Both the position numbers and the translations under genes were made by a program. Below the pieces are notes generated by a model. It did not search any database and was not told the DNA's origin. It saw only the letters and a list, made by a program, of their open reading frames with translations. A stretch of 64,000 nucleotides of DNA, from assembly GCF_964355755.1 (NCBI RefSeq), contig NC_092674.1, positions 23,870,001-23,934,000 on the forward strand, written 5' to 3'. This document shows positions 1 to 12,300 of the stretch, piece by piece (positions within the stretch are counted from its first letter, which is position 1; each line of letters begins with the position of its first letter). The DNA comes from Antedon mediterranea (lineage: Eukaryota > Animalia > Echinodermata).

Positions 1-288
1 GCAATAACGTCATGGAATCACCTGCCAAAATTGATACAGTGTTCAGAAACCATCAATCAATTCAAAAGAAATATCAGGAAACATCTCAAAGAGGTTATGC
101 TTGAAAGATTATAATTTATATTTATATTGTTACTACATGTGTTATTGTTTATTGTAAATGTTTATTCTTATGGTGTTTAAATAAGTTAGACCTTTGGTTA
201 CTTTTTTGTGTTACCCTGAATTCATTCTTTGTTTTTATATGTTGTGTTTTTGTGAATTCGAATAAAGAAACTAAACTAAAACTAAACT
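1..288 (+). mobile_element. 3' end of a CR1/L2-group LINE (ORF2 C-terminus, 3'UTR, (AAACT)n tail)
   Basis: Frame 1 reads AITSWNHLPKLIQCSETINQFKRNIRKHL, the WNxLP...FK..L end typical of CR1/L2 ORF2. It is followed by AATAAA at 261 and an AAACT-repeat tail. Confidence 0.65.
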
Positions 289-323
289 AGATGGTACGCG
301 AGCGAAGCGAGCGTACCATCTAG
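287..323. mobile_element. isolated Helitron 3'-terminal hairpin
   Basis: CTAGATGGTACGC-GAGCGAAGCGA-GCGTACCATCTAG is identical to 9391-9427, the 3' end of the Helitron at 8100-9427. Confidence 0.6.
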
Positions 324-567
324 TTAACCAAATTAGTATCAAAATATATATATATATACTTATATATTTAGGCGTATCGGTATGTTTTTATTTATTACTG
401 TAAGGTTATTACAAAAGTGTCAATAAAAATGATAAAAAACCTGTGTCTGACCATGATGAATCAACTTACCCCGTCGATGGGGTAAGTTGCAACTTGACAT
501 GATGTTTTAATTAAAATTAATTATTGATACATTACCGAGTGATGATTCATTATTTGTATTGGGCACA

Positions 568-1040
568 TCGTGAATCTTCTAATTGTAACCCTGTGTTAGT
601 ATTCTCGGATTGTTTTTTAGGGTGGGTTACAATACTATTAGAAGGTTAGGCTTACTATTAGAGAGTGGGTTTCTATTACTAATCTTAAATTAGGCACCTG
701 AAAATAGTAACCCACTCCAACTATTCCGGTCAGCAACTCATAGCAAAATAATAAAACAGTACGAATAAACAAATTTGTTTGAACTCTGACTTTATTTTAT
801 AAACTCAAAATCACTCAATCCTCCCCCAATCCCGATCAACATGCATTTCTCCTTATTTTCAAAATACGGCTGCATCATAAACGACCAGTGTTCATAATGT
901 GACTCTGAATTTTAACACCATGGGTTACTATTAGAGTAGTAGGTTATTTTTATAGATTGACTTATAAGGTGGGTTACAATTAGAAATGGGGGGGGGGGGG
1001 GTTACTATTAGAGTGTTGGTTACTAATAGAAGATCCACGG
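568..1040. mobile_element. MITE (CCGT-type termini), same family as 63379-64000
   Basis: Imperfect TIRs cgtgaatcttctaattgtaaccc / ggttactaatagaagatccacgg. The interior is the reverse complement of 63730-63960. Confidence 0.6.
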
Positions 1041-2113
1041 TATGTGCAGTATACATTGATCTATGAGAGATGCACATATCATTCCCACCAGGTGCGCCGT
1101 TGGTGAAGATAATGCATCTTCTTTCTTTATTAGGCCCTAGTTGTATTTTTTTTTTTATAACAATTATATTGTAGACTCTTTATAATAAAAATATTTTTGG
1201 AGTGGACATGTATGTTATGGCCATCTGAATATCAATGAGTGTGCTTTTTAATTTAAAATTAAATTATAATAATAGACGGTACTCGTGATGTCATGGTCGA
1301 TGGATTTTACTACTGCCTATAGCCGGCCCCAAAGGTGAAATATTTATCAAAGCTCGAAATTAGCTGGTAAGTAACCAACCACCCTATATCCATTGAAAAC
1401 ATTACGCCAGTCCTATAATATAAAATGTTTACTTTACCTTTCTGCCCAATTGACGAAATGTAGTATTGAGAAGGCTGCCAGCAGGTATAAACATCTTGTA
1501 GCTTACTTATGAGTGACTTCGGCAGCAATGACCGGTAACCGAACTAGACTGTTTACTAAAACTATTGGGATGAGCCGATCACAATGTGGAATTTTACAAT
1601 TCACTGAACCATCCGATTTCTCAGGTGATGGTACTTTAAACAACTATAGTTATTGTAGTTGTAGGTTGACTACTTGATTCAAGAGATCATTCTTTTATAA
1701 ATGCTTACAATGCTGTAAGAAATTTGATTTTTTGGTATGTTTACACCAACCACCTTGCATTGCAAAACCATTGTAATTTTCCCAATTAATGAATGCGATG
1801 AATATGAATTTGAGTAAAAGTTTAAGACCGACGAATCTATTTCAGACTAGTAGGCGCGCCTAAAGTAGTGGTCGTATTGTCCTATCATGGCAGGAAGAAA
1901 ACTTCTAATTCTTGGGCACATTGATCTTTTAAACCATTTTAACAGTTTTTATTTTGACTAGCATCTCGCCCTGGTAAAATATTTGATCCGCGCAAATTCA
2001 ATGCGCATAGCAATAAGCAACACTTTCACTTCAGTCACTCAATAACATTTAAAAAGATAGAAAATACATACAAATTAAAATTAAATGGTACGATTTATTG
2101 ATTTGTTTAAAAA

Positions 2114-2191
2114 ACAAGGCCATACATGGCTGCAGTCGCGTACTCAAATTTGAGTTAGTGTTTACCGACCGACCGACATAGTGAGCTGTAG
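2114..2191 (-). mobile_element. short Helentron/DINE-like remnant (GTCG microsatellite family)
   Basis: aacaaggcc...gagttagtgtttaccgaccgaccgacatagtga matches 63039-63126 in reverse and the termini of 4260-5022. Confidence 0.5.
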
Positions 2192-3429
2192 AAAAAAATA
2201 CAAAAATGGGAATTTAGATTAACTACTTAAACCAACATCAAGTTACAACTAATACAAAAAGGACTATAATATAGTGCAGAAAAATATACATATAAAATAG
2301 ATTTTAAAAAATAATAATAAACAAAATAATAAAAATAATAATAAGATATTAATTAATAAATATAAATAACAAAATGAAATATACAAAATATACACCAATG
2401 TGGAATCCACAACAATGGAGAATAAATACTATTTTTTTTAAGGAGAAATTTTATATATTATTTTCTTTCAAATTAAACGAATTAAATCTCAAATCTACAT
2501 AACACAGATCACGAACAATAGACTCTTCGAGGCCCTTGGTATGAACCACTGACAATGCTGTAGTTACCAATAAGCTATTACAAGTGGCATCTGTTGTGAT
2601 AGTCTTTTGTTATTAGAATTTATTTCAGAACGGCCTTGGTAAAGTCAGTTTATCTGCTCTAATAATGGTAGCGATCTAGATTATTAGCATAGAGTAAAGT
2701 AACAGTTAAAAGGCATGTATTGTGATGTTTTAACAAAAGGCAAATCCTCCTTGCTGTGTGACCTGTGTTAAGTGTTCCAGTCCTGATGTGTTGTTTTACT
2801 GATTATAAATATGGTTGTGTGCTACTGGTGAAATTATGGTATAAGCAATTCATTAATGAAAAATACACATGTTTGATATTCTATTCAACATTGCTAATTT
2901 GTATTCATTTATGTATAAAACTAAAGTGTTTCTTTATATTATAAACTTGTATCATAATTTTAATTACTTAAATTACTTACTTAATTACTTACTTAAAAAT
3001 AATTATCATTTAGTATATGTATGAATTTCATTGGGGAAATTTAAAGTTAAATGTAAACTTATATCCAGTATTGGATCCTATAGTTTTAAAGTAATTTTAC
3101 TGAACAGCGTTAAATTGTATTAGGATTTCCCATGAAATACCGGTAGGCCTATATAATTATAAGTTTTGTTTTCATTGTTGCTCATTTAATGAATGGGAAC
3201 AAATGTTGAGTGCAATCCAGCTTATAGTTCCGTGCACTTTATTTTTATATCTCAATCAATGATCGATGTGGTTTAATTACTAATTTTTTCTTTAGTATTA
3301 ATATCATTGGTATATGATTATTGATTTAAATTTGTTAATATATTATATCTTTAAAAATATTATTTGGTTATTATAATCATCATTATTATCAATCGCATAT
3401 TATTTTATTATCAATATCAGTGTTTAGGA

Positions 3430-3725
3430 ATAACGTTATACCAGGGAAGAGTGAAGTAACTCTTTAGCAAAATCAAAAATGTCTGGTATAGAGTATTCGT
3501 TGCTGGCTAATGGTTTTAGCTTCTCATCTAACCATTGTGCTAATTTAAAATTCTAAGTGCCAGTGGCTGAGAGTATTGGCCTAATAGATAGATTTTCTTT
3601 GTGCGTCTTGGGAAGACCATAAAGAGGGGCTAACCTCGAGCCTTGTGGTGTTAATGTAGATGCTACTTCCTTCGGTAGTATATTACGAACAATATTAGAT
3701 AGTTGCTTCTCCTTTTCTAAGAGAG
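3430..3725 (-). pseudogene. degenerate Penelope-like element reverse transcriptase fragment
   Basis: Minus strand reads LTPQGSRLAPLYGLPKTHKENLSIRPILSATGT*NFKLAQWLDEKLKPL. GLPKxHK...RPI is characteristic of PLE RTs, and there is an in-frame stop. Confidence 0.75.
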
Positions 3726-4259
3726 GATGGAAATGCTTAATTGGTCTACCTCTAGACTTAGGTTGTGTCTTACTTACGGGTATAAACTTAGATGTGTTGT
3801 TTATAGACGATTTTCTAAGAAGTTGGTCATAATGATTATTATTTTGTATCAACATTTGTTGGATTTCAGAAGAGACCCTCTTAAAATATAGATATATGAC
3901 AGAAAAAACTAACTGTGAAAATTACATAATATATAGCCTACAAATGTACACAAAATATAAATATCTTGCATTCTTTTTAATTGATGATTTATGTTATGAT
4001 TGCCAACTTTTCTACCCCTATTACGGAATGGTTTAACCCATGTTGAGTAGCGGCTGTTGATACAGTATGATATTATTTTCATCTTTAGGGAGTTAATCAT
4101 ATAACAGTAGGCCACATTCAATTAATTTTATTTGTATAACAGTTAACACATAATGATAACAGAGATCTCACATTGATTACATTTTGATTTTCCTTTGTTA
4201 TAATATTGTGTTTGTGAATATAATTATGTCTACTATTAGAAAACAGGACAATACATAAT

Positions 4260-5022
4260 ACAAGGCCAACAGCCATTAAGTCGCGTGCTACTACAATGCA
4301 TAGTGATACCGGACCGACAGACAGACCGACAGACAGACCGACCGACATAGTGAACTATAGTCGCGTCCACGCGACTAAAAAGGCATAATTTTGACGAATT
4401 TTTGAACTTTTTCATCAAAAACGTGCGCAAATTATCCAATTCGACGTGCTCATATGATGTAATTTTAAGTCGAAATTGTTTAAAAGTTGGTAAAATTATT
4501 ATAAAAGGCTGCAAAAACATAAATCACGCGAAAAAAGTATGTATTTAACGCTACGTGCGCACCGCGCGCGTAAGGGAATTTTTGACATGCTCAAAAGAAA
4601 CGCGTAGAAAGTTGATTAAAAAATAATTTTGCGCATTTTAAAATTTTAAATGTGCGTGCGCGCGTAACATTGTGTAAAACACACATTTTTTTTCAACAGA
4701 AAGTTAGCGCCTGATATAAATTAAACTTTTGCAAAGTTTCAATTTAAAAAATGTTTTTGACCTATGTTAAATACAAGAAAATCGTTAAATCGCGCTTAAA
4801 TCACGTTGCGCAACTCTAACGTCATTCACAATAGGAGGTGCACAATTTCACGTAAATGCCCACATGTTGACATCAAAAAAGTTCAAAAAGTACAGAAAAG
4901 CGATAAACGCATAGTGATACCGGACCGACAGACGGACCGACAGACAGACCGACAGACCGACAGACAGACAGACAGACTGACCGACATAGTGAACTATAGA
5001 GTCGCGTCCACGCGACTAAAAA
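4260..5022 (-). mobile_element. non-autonomous Helentron/DINE-1-like element, duplicated 5' end
   Basis: The subterminal palindrome tagtcgcgtggacgcgact occurs twice (~4358-4377, ~5000-5018). Also present are GTCG/GTCT microsatellites, a 3' subTIR cacgcgact and a small hairpin. Homologous to 54697-55369. Confidence 0.7.
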
Positions 5023-5254
5023 TGTTGCCCTATACTCTGGCGTAATATCACCAGACAATTAATTGAATTCGTTTTAATATTGTTTGGAAGGATTCTATGC
5101 CTTAGATGCACACAACCAATTTATTTAAAAAGAAACTGGGATCCAGAAACTGAAACAAAAACTCATTGGTCTTTTAATTAAAACATTTCTTGGCAATTAT
5201 ATACTCTCTTTCATCTTGTATGCGGTAAGTGGTTCGTTCATTCTTATCTGTCTA

Positions 5255-5300
5255 ATTTTGCATGATTGGCCCGCCATATTCAGCTGACGGATTATTTTGT
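5255..5300 (+). promoter_or_regulatory. possible SNX25 core promoter (CCAAT plus YY1-like site)
   Basis: ATTGG at ~5265 sits next to CCGCCAT at ~5271. There is a candidate 5'UTR donor AA|GTAAGT at 5659 and an acceptor at 6301 before the ATG. Motif-level evidence only. Confidence 0.3.
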
Positions 5301-6330
5301 TTTGACCATGGTTTCGCTACGCTTTGAAAAACGTATTATTTTACTCGAAATAGTGTATTTATAAGGTGATATACGCTGTTTAATAGCTTTAAATGAACAA
5401 CAACGTATAAACTAATGTTGTTGCACTAACGACTTTTGTACATTAAGGTTATTTTGTACCTCTGAGGGCAGGCCTAGGCCTAGAGTTCCCAGCCATTCAT
5501 TACGAAACAAGCTAGCAGGAAAGATCGTGTGGGAACCCCACACTGCGAGATACAGAGAGAGTTGATTGTTGTGTGGCATGGAGGATTCCATGATCCGTGA
5601 CAGCCTTTTGTAGTATGTCTACGTTGAATGTTTACCTATTAGACAGGCTCACACAAAAGTAAGTTATTATTAAATCTATTGCCACGTCATATATGAGTTT
5701 AAATCTGCAATTTTTCGGGACTCCTGCTGTCATTTCTTTGGATCACTTTTTGAAATGTGTTTACTTTTACTTTAGTTAGGGCTGGCTGGCTTTCATCCAG
5801 GTTCTTGCTAGCTAGGGGTCCCAGAGGCTATATTATAGGTTTTTCGTTTCAGAAAACTTAAAAGTTGGTTTATTTTGTATTTTTGTCTTCAGCTTCTCAG
5901 TACAGTTACATGATAAAACAAACATACTAAAACATTTTAATCTTTAAATTTAACCCCCTACAAAAACCAAATAATAATGCAATTTAAAACTGTATTTTAC
6001 CAATGAATATAAGCCATCCCATTTCATTTGGAAGACCAAGTTAAAGGTTTAGGAAACTACATCATAACGTTCACATATAAGCATCCAGCGTTGACTTTTC
6101 ATCAACAAATTTGAATTGCAAAGCAAACAATCTTCAGAATATTAATTTAATTTAAATATTTCTTGAAAAATCAAAGATCTTTTTTGACCATGAAACAGTA
6201 CTGTACTGTAGATAATGGAAAAGCATGTAAAGATTTTAATCTATTCATTTATCTATTGTGCTTTAGTTCATGTAATATTTATTTAAACTCTCTATTTTTA
6301 GGTAATTCTAAAAAAAAATTAGAAACAAAA

Positions 6331-9300
6331 ATGGAAGCCTTAAAACAACTTCTCAATGTGTACACATGTGGTGCAGCAATGGCTGTGTTAGCCATCCTCT
6401 ACCAAGTGGGATTTCTGGTAATTACGTTGAAAATAATCATCTATATTGTCGTACTTTTTACTGGGCTCATCGTTGGTTTTTCTCTTGTTGCATCTTCTGG
6501 AAGACAAAGACGACCATCAGCTGTCGAAAGTTTGCCATCCCCTACTCACGATCTCATCTTAAAAATGATGGTAAGTTTAGATTAATTGAAATCCTTGTAC
6601 ATGCTTAAAATTTATACCTCCATTCAGATAATTGAAACGTCAATTGGGTGATGATGTGCAGTCTTCAAATTAAAGAGAATAATCTTGTTGTCAGATTAAA
6701 CCAAGTAACCCTTTACCCAGTGGCTTAACGGCTATGAGCGCTTACTGACTAAACCCAGGGGCCCCGGAGCTTATGGCGGCCCCTGAGCAGTGCCCAAAGA
6801 AAAAAAACAGGCTTTAAAATATCCAGAAAATGGCTAAAAATGCTTGATTCCTTGATTGGAACTTAGAAAGCCACTTGGGTTTCCTAAACCAGGGGCCTGA
6901 GGCCTCTGCGTTATGCCAATGCCTCTAATATTCTTCCGATAGATGCATTTAAACGAGGCAAATAGTTTAAAAGAATTGAATATATTATTCAAGTTTCAAA
7001 CTCTTTTGATGTAAGGAAGATTTATTTACTTTTACTAGGAAATGCGGACAAGGAAGAAAAAAAAACAAAAACGAAGAGGTGTTGTAATATCAAGAGCCAT
7101 GGATAAAGCTATCAAAGAAGGTGATTGACTAGCTCACAATTGAACAGTTTAAGGACTGCTTCACAACCACTGTAAAATATATCTCTGTCCTACAACTGAC
7201 AAGCCTACCTATAAAGTTCTGTCTACACTATCAAACTAGTTTGATAAAAAAAAGTGTAATGTGCCCAAATATGGTAGTAATATACCTAAATATGATAGTG
7301 GTATGACATCATCATGTCCATATAGGCACATCACATATTTTTGTCACATAAAATTTGATAATTGTGTAGACTACCATTTGACTACCATTTTGTCTCTTTC
7401 GTTTTAAACAAATTTAACCTCTACAATTTGTATGGATTACCAGATACAGTGGAACCGACCGATCCTTTGGAATACCTCTATTCAGACAACACACCTATTA
7501 AGGTGATTTTATTACAGGTTCTATTGTATTTAGCATATCAGGATTAAAGGCAATTTGAATTGGGTTTTTTATTGATTAAATCTGCAATCAACTAAAGTGG
7601 TTGCCCATTTTAGGTTGTAATGTAAGCTTGAATATTTAATTTTATTCACAGGGTTGACTCTTAGGAATAGGGAGCTTTTGATTTTTGCGATGACCAACAA
7701 TTTAGGTCATGTGAATTCATGGTACACATACAGTATACAACATCTTTTATTATGGCTTTTTATTTTGTACTCTTTGCAATAAAATTGAATTGTGTGCAGA
7801 TTACAAAAATCAATATAATATAAAATTGTAAAACTTTATAGCAGGAAAACCAGCTATCAATAGGGAGGTTTCGCAACCTTACGAATACGATAACGAAAAC
7901 GGATACGTCATACATTTGTGAAACTTTTGAGCTGATCCCCATTTCTTATTCGTAAAGCGTGTTCGTGTTGACAAATATCACCAGTCATATTCGTAACTAC
8001 AAAACGAGTATAGTTTTTGATCCATTTTGCACATTTTGCATTTGAATCAGGAATGATTCATGATTATAACATAATTATAGATTTATTGAAAGTAATTTAT
8101 CTATATATAAATTTACGTAAGGGCAAAATTCGGTAAATCGTGCCTTACTTCTAGAATTTTTACTCGATGGTATATAAAGTTGGTTCGTACTTTCGGTACT
8201 GATTTTAACCACCTGATGTAACCCTGTTTAATAATTAAATTGAGTTAGATAATTAGTTATTGATGATTAAAACGAATTTAGGTTCAACGATTTGCCCCAA
8301 ATAGGGGTGTTTTCCGATCGTGGTATACACTGTCTAATGGATGTCCAACTTGAAAAATACCCGCACACAATAATACGAGGACGCTTCGCATTTTCCTATC
8401 TCCTCCTACGATAATTGTTTTTAATAGCTGAAAACCGGTTGAACTGCTCGAGTACAGCATCATAATGTTGAAGACAGGCCGATTTTCTTTATAAAATACT
8501 ATTTTGATAGATTTAATTTACGTTTTTACAAATGTATTTATTTGCGATGAATGGAACATTCCAATCTCTCAGTCTGCCAGTTTGGTTTAACACAAGTAGG
8601 TAAATTTATGAGCCCTTGGAGAATAAACTTGTAATACTTTGACAATACAGTACTGCAAATACATATTAACCATTTTTGGTCGTCATTTGAATCGAACATT
8701 TCTTACTGTGAATACTGTTAGATGTAAAAAAATATATACAAACATTTCTTACTGTGAATACTGTTAGATGTAAAAAAATATATACAAATAAACTTTATTA
8801 CTGTGATTATGGGTAGGCTCTACTGTTAGATATATACACACGTAATTATATACAAATAAACTTTATTACTGACAGTTGCTTCTCAACGTTTGCATTAATT
8901 AATAATTACAAAAAATATAAACGTTGTAGTGGTGTATCGTTACATGTACTTTACTATTTCAATCGACTATGACAGTGACAGTTTTAACAAAGTATTAAAT
9001 CGCAAATGTTTTACTATATTTAGTCACCGTTAGTGGTATATTATTTATAGGCCTATAAAAAATGAAAACAATATTTCGTTACTGACGTGGATAAAGAATA
9101 TACAGGTATTTAAAAATTGTTCCTCTTTGTACCTATCCTCTTTCCAATCCCTCAACCCTAATTGGGTTTCTTTAAATGAATAAACAATTTGGACTCATTT
9201 TGTGGTAAGTTTCTCTTTCGGAAGTAATTCCCAGGGTGCTAATTTGTTACTACATAAATCATTGTGTCTACTTATTCGTTTCTGTAAACGACAATGTATT

Positions 9301-12300
9301 ATAGTCCTGCGGTACGTGCATTTGAAATCGCCAGATTTTTTACCCTGAAATTACTGTGTATTCGAGAACCATCTGTGGGCACGACCTGACCTAGATGGTA
9401 CGCGAGCGAAGCGAGCGTACCATCTAGTTAAAGTAATTTACTAAAATGCCAAGTCAGTTTTGATAAATAGCAGTTTTTAAAGTCCTCACTCGCTTTTATG
9501 TTATGCTAGGCCTAGGCAGCCAAGCACCAAGCAACACGTACCTGCCCTGCACTTCGCTCAAATTTACCGCAGTCATATTTTCGACGCGCCTCAATATTTC
9601 GTTGCCATGCGAAACAGATTTTTATGGCTTACGAAAACGAATACGTGTGCGTGACGTTTTCGTTATTGTATTCGTAAGATTGCGAAACCTCTCTATTATC
9701 AAATACAGACTAAAAACATTACATTAAAAAAAAAAACATACAATCCCATTGAAATATAAAACCTATAATATACAGCAGAAAATTACAGTCATTAAAATCA
9801 AACCAATAATATAAAAAATTAATATAAAAATATACAAAATTGTAAAACTTATAGCAGAAAACATTGATATAAAATAACTTGATATTATTATTTATATACA
9901 GACTAAAAATATATTGCATTACATTACAAAAAAAAACATACAATCTCATTGAAATAATGTGCTAAGAGAGGCCTGAGGTCCGAGATAGATCACACTAGAT
10001 TGGATCACTGTTTCGAAAAGCGGACCTCTGGAAATAATACTTTCTCAAAATTTGGACCAGTGATGTGGAACGAACTCCCGTCTGTGATCCGGGAACAAAC
10101 CACGGTTTTAAAATTTAAAAAAGTCCTCAAAACACATCTATTTCCTAAGAAGTGACTCATTGTTGGGTGTGCTGATGTAAAGCGCTTTGATCATTTTATA
10201 CTAATTTGGAAAAGCGCTATATAAATAAAATAATAATAATAATAATAAATATAAAACCTATAATATACAGCAGAAAATTACAGCAAAATAAAAACAATAA
10301 ACTTCATGAATACCAAAATGGTGGATTTAAAGTTTACAGACTTGTTTTTTTTTAAATGGTATTTTTATATGGTTTTTGCTATTGCTTTGTTTTGATTTTT
10401 GTTGTGTGTGCTGCCTATAATGTTATATTTTGATTATGTAGTTTTTATTTTTTATTTGCAGTGTTTGATCTAGTTGTTCAAGACTTCATTATGGTTTGGT
10501 ACCAAGATCTCGGAAAAGACTATGGTACTTTCATATCAGCCGTGGAGTAAGTCAAACAATTTTCGTATTTATATTTGTCTAGTCTGTACTGCTGTGTTTA
10601 GTGTAACACCACTCTGTAAAAACTATTAAATCTCTGGATGTGTGCTATAACAACTCATATGAGAATGTTACTAGGCTTACCTATGCACTGTAGTGTTAAT
10701 AACATGAAGAGAATACCCTCTTATTACTGCGTCTATGGTTTTAGAATAAAACCCTGTCTACACTATCAAACTTTATGTTTTAATTGTGATGTGCCCATCA
10801 TTATGTCATATCACTACCATATTTAGCATCACTACAATATTTGGCCACATCAAACTTTTTTTGTCAAACTAATTTGATAGTGCAGACAGAGCTTCAGAGT
10901 TTTGAATAGTGAAAATGATCTTGTTAGGTGTACTACGAACTTCAAATTTCTTTACTAAATGAGAGGAAATCCTATTTTTATATATATGGAATTTTTTTTC
11001 TGAAATAAATCAATAATACAGTATCTTTATTTCTACTAATGTGTTTTTCAGAGATGATATGTGGGAGTTGATTACTAATCTGCTGAAAAGGTTGCAGAAA
11101 GTTGATATGGTACTGTATAATAATTTTATTTTTGTATATTTCCCCCATTCCAAAATCCAAATAAAGGTAGTTAAGTTAGTTAAGTTAGTTTTGAATTTTA
11201 AGCATTGTGGTTTGTTGCACTGTATAAATGTTAACTCAAGTGTTTATAATGCTTTATGTCCTTTTTGTTCTACTACAGTAGGTATAGATTATTTACAGTT
11301 GAGTAAAAATAGGTAAGCTATCTAAATCAGGCTGTATGAAAAAATATTAGAAATTCACCCAATTCCCAGTGCTGTATCTCCAAATACTATCTATTTCTGA
11401 ATATCAAAGGAATATTTGGTAATATCTCATTTATATGTATGTAAGGTTAGGGATTAGGCTACTACTTGATACATGTTATATTACCAAAGTATTTCTATGA
11501 TATTTCAGAAATAGATACAGTACCGAGAATAGGCTGAGAAATTCTAAACAAAATTTGTTAGTAATGATTTTAAATTTATTACTATATATATTTTTTATAT
11601 ATAATAATAATACTGAAAAGTTGAGGGCGTATCAATTTGATCTCTGGCAGAGCCATATATATAACGAGTTACGACATTGGATTATAGTCACGTGATATGC
11701 AGATCAATTTGTGTCAAACTTGTCTCTATTAATGCATGTAAAGAATAGGAGCAAGAAAATACTTTAAACTTTTTCTTATATTTAAAAAAATGTAATTGCA
11801 CATTTTACGGTGAAATATCGATGTGCACAGCGTAAAGAAGTACTTGCGGCAACGAATATTGCGCGCGCGTGCGCTAGTACATTATAAAGTTCGATTGATT
11901 CTGGAACGAAACATCCCATAACTACGTCCTATTAATAATGTAACATTTTAAATTCATAATGCATGCTTTGATGACTAAATAAAATAATAAAGTGTCGTGG
12001 ATATATTTGTTAATATATTGAATAGCGTATGAACACTATTAAATTAATAAAGGCAAATTATTACAAATGAAATGATGAACGAGTCTCTGAAAGTTTGTGT
12101 CAAAAACACACAGAGAGCCATATACTGTATAAAAAGAGGGGTGAATTTGTGTGTTTTTTGTATTGGTTCATGCTTTGATGTATCCTGACTTGCATGTAGG
12201 CCCTAGCATTTATTCTTTTGTTATTATAGACACAATATATATATGTTACCAAATTAATACCATTAATAAAATTAATTACTAAAATAAAAACGGAGTCTCA

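Noticed and set aside
2720-2790. Possible C/D snoRNA (GTGATGT...CTGA)
   Set aside because: The C box is imperfect, the terminal stem is weak, and I recognised no rRNA-complementary guide.
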